Source of the DNA: Amoebophrya sp. A120
Taxonomy: Eukaryota > Protista > Dinoflagellata
Length of the DNA stretch: 64,000 nt
Assembly (NCBI GenBank): GCA_905178155.1
Contig: CAJINV010000002.1
Span: forward strand, 2,105,216-2,169,215
Direction: 5' to 3'
Shown here: piece after piece, positions 49,601 through 61,882 of the stretch
Position numbering within the stretch: the stretch's first letter is position 1
Layout: every line of letters begins with the position of its first letter
Position numbers and translations under genes: made by a program
The notes under the pieces: model-generated
Database searches by the model: none
The model's input: only the letters and a program-made list of their open reading frames with translations
Told to the model about the DNA's origin: nothing

Positions 49601-50664
49601 ACTGAAGATTTTTCTTCAGTGGCTGAGCTCTGCGCATCAAAATGAGTCCTCGAGGAAGAAATGGAAGAAGATGATGTTGGCACGATCAACGTCGGAACTG
49701 TTTTCATCTCATCATCAGCTTGTAGTTTGTCAGGGGCGGTAAGTGGACGAGGGGAAGCTGGTCCCGCTGCTCCTGCTTCTTCCGCTGGTGCGGGTAGAAC
49801 AACATCTGCAGGTGGTCCCGCCATTTTTCTTGCTCCACCTCCATCTTCAGGGCGACGTTTTTCTACTTCCAGTACACTTGTTGTCTGCTCCACCGAGCTG
49901 GAAGCTGCTCTTCCTCGTCCACCGGGCCCGGTTATAACTCCATCGGATTTTTGGTCCAATCGCTGAGCTTCAGCTTCTGCTCCTCCTGCGTTTGGGTGTC
50001 GCGCGACGTGTTCCGCGGTGGAAGATGTTGAAGTTGTTCTTGCACTATTGGTCTGTTCACCTGCATCTTCGAGGAAGTCGTTCCTTGCTCCGTCTTCAGA
50101 GGCCGCTCCCCCCGCCGTGTTTTGATTTTCCTCTACCTTCTTCCGCGGCGCCAGGAACTGGGTCGAGGAGGACATCCGGACATTCTTCAGCCTCTTCAAC
50201 TGGGAGAACATTCCTTCGAAAATGCCCGACAAAAAACTGCTCACCGGTTGCAGCAAGTTGTAGGCGCCGGAATAAAATCCATGTTGACCCAGCATATTAT
50301 GGGGGTTCCCTGCTGCGGCCGCCGCGGCCCTTCTCGCTTCCTCCTCCGCCTGTTTTTGTGCCGCCGCAGAGGACGGTACGATCATGACCTCGTCCGGCCA
50401 TCCGGCCCGGTCGATGTCCACAACTCGGACCGCACCGACGAAGAGGAAAGTACTTCTGGGGTGGTCTCGTGCTTCTTCCAGGTTCTTGGCATCATGTGGT
50501 CGTCCTGGTCGCAGGTGAATATTTGTGGGCGGCGTCGTGTCGTGTGGGAAAAGTAGCAGCACGACACATAATTGCAACCCTACCCGCAAGGACGACGAGG
50601 ACAAATGCGATAGATGTTGAAAGCACGGCAACAACATCTTTGCGGCTCTACTTGTCGTGTTCAT
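37689..50664 (-). CDS. P-loop kinase-like multidomain protein, paralogue B; exon structure at 41150-43560 unresolved
   Basis: Hydrophobic N-terminus, then MSSSTQFLAPR and a long low-complexity region; KLFITFGNTGTGKSLLAERMI at about 45300-45360; LVDDLVEPQ; FTNPF..GPRLP..ADAWIIRN at about 41510-41590; CWEKYCGFE; probably ends GGCCE* at 37689. Confidence 0.65.
38193..38385. mobile_element. Decayed introner, family A
   Basis: TATCCAGTGCAAACATGTC / TTCCAGACACAGACACGTTTCCAATGCATA; the +5 rule joins AYRH|SRPG, in frame through to the stop codon. Confidence 0.7.
39024..39372. mobile_element. Decayed introner-like intron
   Basis: TAT...ATA termini; the +5 rule joins ILRKSS|RAFFAF in frame; TIR not recognisable. 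Confidence 0.4.
41990..42320. repeat. Cluster of short palindromic CAAATTTG(CT) repeats inside a large intron or insert
   Basis: AAATTTGC-like units recur about every 11-12 nt at 41990-42080 and again at 42190-42320. Confidence 0.75.
43796..44371. mobile_element. Enlarged, decayed introner, family B
   Basis: CATGCATTGCAAAAGCATCGCACTAGTA / TACTACTACGATACTTTTACACAGCATA; 576 bp versus the typical 150; join KDKT|RKPQQ is in frame. Confidence 0.7.
44837..45197. mobile_element. Introner, family E
   Basis: TATCGCGTTCTCAAGCGTTACATTCTCAA / TTGAGAACGTAACTTTTGAGAACCCCATA; perfect TSD CACCT; join FKV|LGWVF. Confidence 0.95.
46367..46617. mobile_element. Introner, family A
   Basis: TATCAAATGTAAAAATGTCTGGGTCTGGAAG / CTTCCAGACCCAGACATTTTTGCAAGTGATA; perfect TSD CCCGA. 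Confidence 0.95.
46654..46893. mobile_element. Introner, family E (reverse orientation)
   Basis: Family E TIRs; perfect TSD TTCGC; internal TGCAAGACGCGCAAGG is the reverse complement of the core in 16084-16318 and 44837-45197. Confidence 0.95.
46944..47152. mobile_element. Introner, family H-like
   Basis: TATGCAAGAAAAAAAGTATGTGAGTGTAAGTCTGT / ACAGAGTTACACTTACACAGTTTTTTTCCTGGATA; perfect TSD CGCGA. Confidence 0.93.
47267..47596. mobile_element. Introner, family C
   Basis: TATCCTGTGGAAAAACATCCCC.. / ..TTTACGCAGCATA; perfect TSD TCTTG; join PRQ|EDLG. Confidence 0.9.
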
Positions 50665-53478
50665 CCTCGGTGCCGATGGTCTTTTTTAGTGGTGTTCAAG
50701 AACACCGGGCGGGCTGCTTCATCTCCGCTTGGTCCGTCATCGCTGCAAATTCACAAGCGGCAGCTCTACTGGGTCGTGATCGTCGTCGTGAAGATGATGG
50801 TGCGTCGGTTAAAGTACTTACTTATTTTCTTCCGGAGCCACCTCTCGTTCTCCAACCCCTGCCAGCCTTAGAGTTCGGAATTCACTGCGACCTCAAACAA
50901 CAAGAACAATGTGAATAATTAATCGGGGGACATTCAGGGTGGAACTGATACTGAACAACAGATCATGAAAAGCAAAACAAGCTACATGTGAAAATAACAG
51001 GTGGAGCTCCGACAGCTACTGGGGTAAAGACTGCATTTATCATTGTAGATGAAGGATTTCGTACTGGCCTTCGCCTCGTAGCTTACTGATGTCGTACCTG
51101 CATTCTCATTGATGATTAGTTCGAGCGGGGCTCGGCACAACTCCCTCCTCCGACGCGCGGCAGGAATAGCCTGCCCTGATACCCTATTGGTAACGTCGTT
51201 GACTGAGGCCAGGTTTTTTCGTCATTCTTATTTCAAGTTTCTGTTACAACAAAATCCGATTATAGCATGGGGATACATCTCTTCAAGAAGCTGCTTTGTT
51301 CCACAGCCTCTGGAACAAAGCGGGTCAGTTGCCGTTTATACTTTTTTTTTCGTATCTAGGGGGTACTACTAGGTCGTGACAAAGGGTGCGGGTGGCGTCT
51401 GTAGTATCACAGTGGTAGTTGACATGGGATGATTCAATTATTGATTTGCAATGAAATCAAAAGTCTAGACGAGCCGCGGCAGCAGAAGTAATGTAGTGAT
51501 TAAACGCAGTGTCAGTTACACTTCCATGATCTGCGAGTGGTGTACGACTAGTAGCAGATGCACGACATCTTCACGACCTCACGCCTACTATCTTCTCCGA
51601 AGACAGCGCAGAGGTGCTGGACGAGAGGGCGACGCGATCAGAAGTACATGTTTGTACAACTTGTGTCGTGCCAAAAATTTACTGCTGCTAGTAGAGCTAC
51701 CAGCCGCTGCTACTGCTAGACCGACGAAGCGGTTACCTGATGGCAGGGACAGAAGAAGGATGGACGAGCAACAGATGATAAAAAAGTAAGAGCGCAAAAT
51801 GACCGACACGAGTAGTTCACGAAGCTTCCATCCTATGTTTCAGTATCATGCTCGCAAACATGCTAGAAAATCAAAATTCAGACGGAAAATAAAGAACGAC
51901 TGCGTTACCGAAGAGGAAGAGGACTTCACTCGCTACACCAAATCTATTCAGACCGAACTGCACCTGACCTGCAACGACGGACTACGACTTCTAGTGAGGA
52001 AATGCTTTATTTGTGACAGTAGTTAGACGTACGCATGGAGCTCTTGCATTAAGATGTTAGTCTTTCTCTTGCTTATTATATTCTTTGGCATGATTGAGTA
52101 AGTAGTCCTCTCGGCGCATGATCCACTGTCGGCGGAATAATTGGCAGGTGGATTTTGTAAGCACGGCCGACGTTGCACCTGACCTTCTAGGATCTATTCA
52201 TTTCAGCTGATCATGCGCTCTACTTAAATCGGGTTCTTCTTCTATGCTGATAAACGAAAATAGAGATGGAACTAGTAAACTGCTACTGCAAAGATGAACT
52301 AACAAACGAAAGAACCCTGTAAACAATGATCTGCAGATATACTTTTTTCTATGCTTGATGTGTTGTCTCTCAAATCTTTCTTCGTTCTGGTGGGATGGCG
52401 AGCACTAGCGCTACAACTCTACTTTACGGCAAGAATCCTTTCGTCGGTCTGATCTAGACATACAATAAAGTATTTTTAGACCCGGATCTTCTTGTCAGCT
52501 GCCTTTGTGCAGCACTAGCATTCGAAATAAATACTTGTTGCGCATCCACACCTCTACTCGGCGGCATAGAAATTCAAGTATGCGGGAATAAACGAAAAAG
52601 TTGTACTGAAATGAATCACACCCGAGAAAAAAAGTTGTAAAAGGGAATTGAATACAGACGAAATTTGATGTCACGCTACACCTTCGAGGGCGAAAAACTG
52701 ATTTTTGTGCGTTGCTTGAATCGATGCAAAACAGAATGAGAATGGATTGATGAATGTTGAAAGCTCAAACCGCGGCGGGCAAAAAAGAAAAACTCTGAAA
52801 AAGTCATGAAACAGAAATGGTTTGGAATTTACTTTATTTTACTATGCTTCAGGTAATGTTGTTCTGTTGCCAATTCTACGTATATCAAACTTCAAATTGA
52901 TGATGATGTGCTTCAAATGAAAAATTGAATTTGTGCTTTTGCGTCTGAAAAAAATGAAAAAGGCGTGAAAAAAAAACTACAACTAGTGAAAAAAAAACGA
53001 ATCTTGTTTGTTTGTTTGTTAGTGATGGAGTCGTGGTTTCCGTGTGAAGGGTTTACCTTCCTCTCAAGATGCTAGTGCTAGTTCAAGAAAGATACAAGGT
53101 GGGTACAGCAGCTGTGGCCTCGTAAGCCTGAGAAAAAGAAAAAGTTAAGATTAGAGTTGATGAAAAGTTAAGAGGTCGGTGCTAAAAGTTAAAAGTCTAC
53201 TGAAAAGTTGGGAAGGATACAAAGCAGTGCTGTTCTAAAAAGTTGAAGTGTAGTCCTGTTTTTCGTTGCTTCTACATGAAAAAAGTTACGAAATCGGATG
53301 GGTGGGTGCTATCAAATTCTCCTGATTCGAAATATACCGCGTAAAAATCCATAGAGGGACAAATTGAAATTAGTGCTTTGACCTTTGCCAATGGCACCTC
53401 TGATGTGGATGCAATTTAACGTGCTGGTAGTACCGCCGGCAGTCTTCGGACATTCCATGTGCCTGAGCCTGTGCTTGC

Positions 53479-56400
53479 TCACGCCACTTCGTTTTTTTTC
53501 TCCTCCTGCACAACTTCATCTTCTAGGGGGGACGAAGGTGAAGCTGTGCTGCTTGGTGTCGGCACGATGGACGAGTGCTTGTCGCGTCTGGATAACTCTT
53601 CCGGTGCAGAAGTAGCCAAGAGCTCGTCGTCATGTTCTGCCGTGGATGAGGATGGTGCTGCGGCGGCCTGCGCTTCCTTCCGCTGGGAAAAGCTTCTCCC
53701 GACGATACCGACCCCGTCTAGTCCCCTGGGCGAAGTCGGGCCTCGTGGTGTTCCAAGGACGTGTCAAAGGCAAAAGTGTCGCAGCCGTAGCAGCAGCTTC
53801 CAGCATCACAACTCGGCATGGGGATGGCCCATGTCTTCATCCCAATGCAACATGGGTGGCTAGTCACTCATAGCCATACATTCCTTTACTACATCAATAT
53901 TGGATGAAGACGGTGAACGCCGGGGGAGGTCATTACTTATTTGGAATGCAGGAACGAAGCACTAACACATGATCATGCGAAGCTATGATTACATGCTCAT
54001 TCCGGAAACGGATCGACTGCTTTAACAACTGCGACAGCACTTTTGCGAGACATAGATCGCCAGAACCCGCCGTCTCCGTCATACCCCCCGGAGGAAATGA
54101 CAATGCAGCAGGACCGCGTCGAGGGCTGGAGGAGGCCACCGGTGGCTCACCGGGCACTGAAGCGGATGCTTGTGGAACCTGTAGTAGTATTTTTATCGTG
54201 TTGCACCTGTCCTACGTCTGATGTACAACTTTGTCCAAGAACGCTGTTGTCATCTAAGCACCACAACTCTGATCGCACTCTATGCCACTAAATATTCTGG
54301 ACATGAAAACGTTCCAGATTTGCCTATTGGTGTGTTCCGCTAGTCGGGTAAGATGCAGCTCGCTATTCCTAATATAATCATTCTTTACGGGACTTATATC
54401 CGGTACTGGCACAACCGACGAAACAAGACAAGTCACGCGTCGACACTAGAAGAACGAGAAGATGAAAAGAAATGCAAATGGTAACATGAAATATTGAAGA
54501 ACAATAAATCTGCAATTTTGATGTTGTAAGCATACAGCTATTGGCACCTGCTCCACTTCCAGGTCTTGTTGATGAGGAGTTTGTTCTCTCCCGTGATGTA
54601 ACTGATCTATTTGCGGTTGCCCGGATCGAGGGTCCACTCCTGCGGCTTCTTGCACTTCCACCTGTTGTGTAAAAACAATGTCACATGGGCCAAAGCTTCC
54701 GCATGGAAACATTTCGTCTTGCTACAACTGAGCAAAACAAAACGTGTCGGTTTCCATGTAGACATGTTGTTTTTCAACTAGCCACTGCCTTCTGGTACCT
54801 AGTATTCAGCACCTTTCGCGCCCCAAGAGTGAGAGAGCATGCAAATAAGCGTTGTGAAATCTCAGACGGAAGTTTAACAATCTCGCACTTTAGCTGAAAG
54901 CAGCAAACTGCAAGGTTTTTTCTAATGGTGCACGCATCCTGCGAGGCATGGGTGTTGGATGAAGAAAGTTGTTGAGGCGCCGCTTATCTATTTATACTCT
55001 ATGTATCACCGTCAAAAGAGAGTACCCTTGGCTCCTGGGAGTGGAAATTCGCCAAGCCCAGCTGGAGTTGGGCCATCTGAGTTGTTTATGCACGAAAGAC
55101 ATGTTGTCCCCGTCCCGAAATGCAAGATTTCTAGTCAGATGTCCGCGCAAACATCTGTTGCAACAGACCAAAACGCTTATGACCCAGTTTCTTCGTACTG
55201 AACAATCTGACTATGCCTGGCCACTGACCGATGAACGTCAGGATGTCATGTTGTGATTCTCCATCCTGCTGCCCGTGCCTTCGCGGGCACACAGTTGCAG
55301 TGAAAGCAAGATTTTTGGAGAGCTGATGTCGCAGCCTAAATGTAAATCTCCATCTCGATCATCTTCTTGCATGAACAGAAATGCTTCAGACGGTGACATC
55401 ACGATCTTGTTTGCTTGTGATACCCCGAGAGTGTCGGTTTGTTCCACCGCTTCCAACGGCGGCAATGTCGGAAGCTTCACCATGTCACTATCCTTAGTAA
55501 AAAAATCAAGGCCATTACCTGTATCTAGTAGATCTACTGCTTCATACGGCATGCACACACGTACTTGAACTTGCTCGCGCAGAGAAGATTTCGCACATGC
55601 AACTGAAATCTGATCATTCAATCATCGGTGCCCCGCGAAAATGACGGGCGTCTCATTCGTTTTTTTGCGGACAAACTTTCGACTTGTTTGTCAAAGTGCT
55701 CCCTTTGTGTTCGGCAAGAGCCACGCATCCTCACGCAAACTCGCTGCCTTGGAGGCTGCCAGCAAGGCGGCAACTTCGCGCGAGACACAAACAGCAGCTC
55801 TTTGAGCGAAACGCAATCTGGAGCTTGTGTGCGTGAACAAGCATAGAGCATATGAATAGATGTGTCACAAGAACATTCTTTAAAAGAATGAGTGTCTGCC
55901 TGCGTTTTTCTCCAGAGCTTAATTTACACTGCAAGTTCTTCCAGCAACGGCGAACAACACATACTTGCTCCTCGAGAATTCGCTTGTTGAGGCCTGGATT
56001 TTACTTACGCGGGATACGTCGTGGCGAAATGCGAGACCCACTCCAGAACTTGGGTCATTTCAGTCAAAAGACCCTGAAGCTTTTCACCCCCATTTCCCTC
56101 CTGTAGCGTTTCTATTCGGCGTGTTCCTGCCTCTAGATCATACGCTCCAGGCACGATCTGCTGATACACCACGTTTGTAACTGCATTGTTCCACCGGCTT
56201 TGGTACTCTTGAACCGTCGCGCGCAGACCACTAAACTGGTCTTCCAACACTGCTGGGTTTGCGGCTTGCGTATGCGAGTGCAACACCCACCCTCGCCTCC
56301 CTCATCAAGTTTCATTTGGAAATCAAAATCATGGAAAGAATGCAAAATATAAAATCCAGATCCACTCAAATTCAAGAACATTCGCTTCTTTATGTGCATT

Positions 56401-59400
56401 GCCTGCAGGACAGCGACAGCACCGGAACCCAAACAATTTCTTTTAGTACGCAAGTCCGTGTACGGTTTTGCATTTGCCGTGCGGGCGCCTTCTGTGACAT
56501 TGTTTGCGTTCCTGCTCCTGCCCTAGCACTGAGGGGAGGAGGGCCATGGTGCACTGTCATATTGCATCTCAAATTTGCAGTAGCTTGCTGCGCAGGTCTC
56601 TTTCTTGCCTTCCTGCTTGTGTCCCTCGCAATACTTAATTCCGTCGTGTTGTAGCCGTTTTAGTTGTTCTTGTTTCGTCTCCTCCACCTCCGGCAGGTCG
56701 CTACCTGCACCTGGGCTAATATTGCGGATGGACGACGTTTGCCCACTGGCAGTCACGCAATAGTAGCGATGGGCAAAATCGAGCTTATCATCCACCTGCT
56801 TGTACATGAGTGGCGTCTGGATCGTGCCGCGTGTGGAAAACAAGCTCCGTTTGTTGCAATACGCGTGCCCTTTTTTCACCAAATCGCTTGCGTCTGGGGC
56901 AAGCGCTAAGAACTGCCTGGCTTCGACGTGCATCACCAGCTGACTGGCGTCTATGTGTGACACTACCCGATTCGGATTGTTGTTGAACAAGACAAAATGC
57001 TGAATTGTGACAGCCGGTTTTATTTCTTGCTCCAAGTTTTTTTCCGTCTCTCGTCCCCCTTGCTCTCTTGACACAATCGCCCCGCTACCGCCAGGCCCTG
57101 GCATTATCTCTTTCGGTTTTGGTACTTCTTGCATCCTCTCCCACGCTTCTACGATGTGGTTCCGCAACACCCAGGAGTCCGTCTGCCACCCTTTTTTCGG
57201 CAGCCGCGGCCCGGTTTCCGCGGTCCACGGATTAGTGAACCCCCGCACCTTTGCCAGCGACCGATCGACATTGCGCTGCCACAAAAGCACCTTCTCGACA
57301 AGGTTGGCCCCAATCCAAATGTCGTATATGTCGTTCAGCGCAAACCGCGTGGAGTCGCGTTCGAAGCCGGATCTGGCTTTTTTGCACTCCGCCTGCGTCA
57401 TTGGTTTCAGGCCACTTGACACGCATCGCGTCACATCGTCAAGCCAATCGGCGTATCCCAATGGGCTTAGCGTATTCTCCCCAAGAACGTGGTACTCTTC
57501 TAGTAGACGTTGCGCCTGTGCGTAGTTATTCAGTTCTTCCACATCGAGACGCGGGGGCCTAGCGTTCTCGAAAACGCCCCATACAGTTTTAGGAATGTTC
57601 GTCATTTTCTCCTGTGCCGCCATAGGCAACGAACGAAGGCCGCGCTTATCCGGGACAAAAATAATTGTATGTGTAGTGTACAATATACAAACAATGGAGC
57701 ATTCGAATTTCGAGTGCTCCATTGTTTGGAGAAGCATCACAATTTTTTTGTTTGGCAAGATGTTCTGCACCGCTAGTACGTGAAATCATCCATCATGAAA
57801 AGGTGTGGGACGATGCACAAAATGATGAGTGCAGCCGGTTTTCTCGTCTTGCACATTCTGTGTTACAAACAACCGGCACAAAGACTAACTACACGACAGT
57901 TTTTTTGTTGCGTAGCACTTCCGAGAAAACCAGTACGCGAGTTCCATTCCGTCCTGCATCTTCTTCGGTATCAAGTACAAGCATGTCTGCCGGGTCTCGA
58001 AGATTGGAACAATTTTTGTAATGCTGAACTCCGATTATACAACTCGCCTTGCACTCTGAGCATTTATTATGCATGTGGTCGTGGTGGAAAACCACTGCTT
58101 GGTTTTTGCGATTCATGAGGCACGTCGCGCACTACAGAGCCCTTCAAAACGTTGTTCGGCTTGGCTGACTACTACGCTCAGCTTGTTGTCGGTTGGTCAT
58201 GCACTACGTGCACTTAATAAACGTCTTTCGAGACCCGGAAAATTTCTTCAAAGTCGATACCCAATGTCATTTTCAACTTCTCGCCAAAAGCGTTTCCTGG
58301 TGCTTCCACAAGTTTTTTTATCCGAAGCTGCGACGTCGCATCATCTTGCTGAGCGTCCTTGTCTTGAGCACCAGAAGCGATTACAAAAACGCGTGCCAGA
58401 TTCGTAAGCCGCTCTTCTGATTTTGCTTGTACCTCTTCGACCTGCTGAGGGTCCTCGACGTCCTTGAGTTTTTCCAGATCGGTTACCAGCTCCTCTGCCA
58501 TCTCTTGTAGGTCATCTGTTCGGGTGAATTTACTTCCCCTTCCCGTAATTGTCTTCAGAGCAGGAAAAGCGTATTTTTCGAGATACGACACTTTTCCCTT
58601 CTCGCTCCGCAGCAAAACCGGACATTGTTCCGTGGCCCCCGCAGGTGGCACGATTGCCTCCTTTATCGTTTTGAAAAAAACTAGCATATTCCTTCATGGA
58701 CATGGAGGAGCCATGCAGAAGAGGCAGAAAGGTGATGCAGAAATCGCACTTCCGTAAAATACGAATTTTTCTACATCTTTGTCTTTATTGTGCTGTTTGG
58801 ATTTTTTCAATAAAGGTCATGGGAAATATGCTAGTGCTTCTCTGTGTAGTATCCAAACTTCCGCCCTCATGAGGGTTCTTCGGGGTTTTCGTTTTTGTAA
58901 GCTCGTCGAAGATGCGTGCGGTCAGCAGAGGATCTTGAGCGCGTAGTTGATTTTGATACAACTCACTGCTGCGCTTGATAATTTCGTCTTCATCGGCCGG
59001 CGGAAGAGAGGAATCGTGCTGGAGATCAAACTCATTTTTCGCGCGTTTATACAGCTCATCACTACGCTTGATGATTGTGTCGATGTCCATTCCGGCCGAG
59101 TTGAGAAACAACCACGCTTATACATATTCAAATATGTCATCTGGGTCGTGAAGCGTTCAAATAACTTGTGAAAAATTTGATGCTCACACCTCTGGACCAG
59201 ACAAAAATCTGTGTTGCATGACCAGTGCCACAAGTTGTTTCCCGCTTCTCAATACGCTAAGAGCGAGGATGCCAGGCGGAGCAGACAAGAAGTTGTAGAA
59301 GAAGCGTTCGCTAACACGCCTGTCATGCACTGTGTGCATTCCAGCCCATCTACCTCTAAATCTACTCTTCGAGAACCCGAGGACATATTTCTTGAATTTG

Positions 59401-61882
59401 CAATTGATAACGCAAGAACCTTGAACATTTCCTGGGGCTCGATCAGGTCATCTACCAGAAACCTGTGAACGTGATCTTTATCGTCATCTGCCGTCGGGGG
59501 GGCGGGATCGAGGCCCGCCATTTTGATCATGTTGTCTGCCAGGCTGCTCCGGTATGCGAGGGAAAAGTTGTTGATGTAGTTGCTGCAGCAAGCACACAAG
59601 GACCATGACTAAACCCCTGCATGCATCATGCACACACATGTGCCAACATGTGACAATGTACTCAGTGTCGTCCGTGCCGCGACTTGGAAAAATAAAGAGG
59701 AGAGGGGACTACTAGAAAGACGGGGGTCACAACGTAGCTTAGACCAGAATGTTTGTACAAGTAGCAAAACATCATGAATTGTCGATGATGTGCGTAGAGA
59801 CCCTTGGCCCGGCTGCAGCAGGGCAACACTTCAAAAAAGAATTTGCTCGGATACTTTTCCCGTTCCAGTGTTCCCGAACGTGATGAAGAGTTTCTGGCGA
59901 CCTGCGAACGTGTTCCCAACGTCCTCCGGCCGGCTGTTCGTGAACGGGTACTGGGCGCGGTTGCCCCGAGGCTCGTAAATGTGTTGTCTCCTCAAATTCT
60001 TCTCCCCCTGCTTCCAATGCTCTACAGCCCCCGTGTCTGTCACACGCGTCACACAAGGCTGGAAAAATTCGTTCGCACCTTCGCCTTCCAATTGCAGCAT
60101 CGCGTCCGTGTCAAAGTTCTTCGGCAGCCACAGGTGGGTGAGCAGAAACGGCCCCACTTGCGTAGCAGTTCCGCCTGGATTCATTGCTGCTGCCATCGTG
60201 CTGGTGCCCTGCTTCTGCAAAAATCCGATCGCCGTCGTGCCGGGTTGTTCTTGCAAAGGCGCCTGATTGATGTTGTCAGCACCGACGTCGTCTAGGGTGC
60301 GGTTGAGAGAGTAAAGCATTGCAGGTCCGCCTGCTCGTGGAGAAAGAACATCATGAAAATCTTTTGGTTGCGAGAATGAGAAATCGTGTTTTTCATGTTG
60401 TTGTTCCACCGCGAGAAGTTGCAGTGCCACGGCTGCTTGTCCGTCTGCTGACTCGCTCCCTGTGTCGTCCTGCAAAAGGGTCGTGCGGCCACTCGGCGTG
60501 ATCGCAGAGGACGCGGTGGATGCAGTAACTTCTGCGTCTTCATCTTCCAACGCGCTTGAAGAAGAAAATGATGTTGTAGAAGTGGTCCTTGCATTTCGGT
60601 TTCCATAATTTGCCCCCGTACTATCACTGTCCTCTCGGTCAACATCAACGTCTTGAAAATCGTAATCATTTTCATTCGACGGGGTCAGTGCCTGCTGCTC
60701 CGCGGCATTTGTTGCTTCCTCGCCGGAGAAATTCAGAGCATCGGACGCCAGAACATCTACTTGCTCACCCTCAGCCTCTTCGTTCGACGACGCTCTTGTA
60801 CCCTGGTCGTGCTCTGCGCGAGAAGGATCGGAAGATGAATCTTCGGAAGTAGACCCCTCCACCTGCTGGTCGAGATTTTCGCTTTTCAGCTGCGGCGCTT
60901 CCGCTTCTTGCGAATCTTCACCGTCCTCAGTTGTGTCGTCATCTTCATCGTCGTCTTCGTCACGAGTGAACGTCTCGTCATGGAGATTGTCGTGATGTGG
61001 TTCGGGTTCCTGAGCAAGAGGTTCTTCTTGGCGTTCTCGCTCAGGCTCCTTGCTCACCTCGACGCCGTGGGCAGGTTTCTTGCCGTTCTTTGGAGTTCCC
61101 CGTGGCGCCAGAAACTGCTTCGACGAAGACATCGTGAAGTTGCGGGAAAAAAACCCGTCGAACCACGAAGACACGTAGGAAGTCGAAGTGGCAGTAGAAG
61201 TTGAAGGTGTAGCACTTGATGTTGTACTAGTCGTCCGTGGACCTCCATTCTGCTGCGAACCGCTATCTTGAACGTCGACCACCACGGGAGGAGTTTTTGC
61301 GGAGCTCATCTTAGTAGACTGGGTGCCGACGTGACCTTCTTCTTCATCTTGAGCAACCTTGCTGTCGAGCAGCTTGTAGGCGAAAATGCCGGGGGTCGTG
61401 AGAGTAGAAAAATCTTCGCCAAAGCAGGTCAAGAGAAGCAGGAGGCGGGAGAAGCACAAAAGTTGTACTCCTTTCGGAAATAAAACCGCGGACCACGTCG
61501 AAGCTGCGATCGGACCACGAGCAGGCCCGGCACGACAGGTCGTGGTGCTGCAGAAACTGAAAGACCGGGCGGAATGACAAAATGCATCCATGTCATTTCC
61601 TCGCTTGACTTTGTGCCGCTTGCAGAAGTTGTTCTCGTTCTGCTGTTGACTGAGGAATCGCGCCACAGCAGACCACCACGACGCAGCACCAGCGGCGACT
61701 GGTGCAGGGGGGTCGTTGGATTTAGTCACGCCGGTCCGGTTCTTCTTTTGCTGGCCTCCCTCCACTTCTTCCATGATCGGAAGGGTGAGACGCCGTTGCA
61801 GCTTCTGCGCCGAGGACGTCTGCATTAACATCGTCTTTTTTAAGTTTTGACGTTTAGGTTTACGCAAATTATGCTCGTCCAC
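53479..61882 (-). CDS. P-loop kinase-like multidomain protein, paralogue C; 3' exons only partly resolved
   Basis: Hydrophobic segment, then MSSSKQFLAPR; KLFITFGNTGTGK (about 59855-59893) continues as SSLADNMIKMAG (about 59548); LVDDLIEPQ; FTNPW..GPRLP..TDSWVLRN; CAASYCKFE. Putative last exon ends EEKKNEVA* at 53479. Confidence 0.6.
59119..59409. mobile_element. Decayed introner, family A
   Basis: TATACATATTCAAATATGTCATCTGGGT / ACCCGAGGACATATTT..GCAATTGATA; flanks ACGCT/ACGCA; join FKVLA|WLFLNS. Confidence 0.75.
59553..59853. mobile_element. Decayed introner-like intron splitting the Walker A motif
   Basis: TATGCGAG...CTCGGATA termini; removal of 306 nt joins GTGK to SSLAD in frame. Confidence 0.6.

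Noticed and set aside
53130-53290. Repeated AAAAGTT units in AT-rich intergenic DNA
   Set aside because: Irregular low-complexity sequence; no TIR, TSD or fixed period seen.
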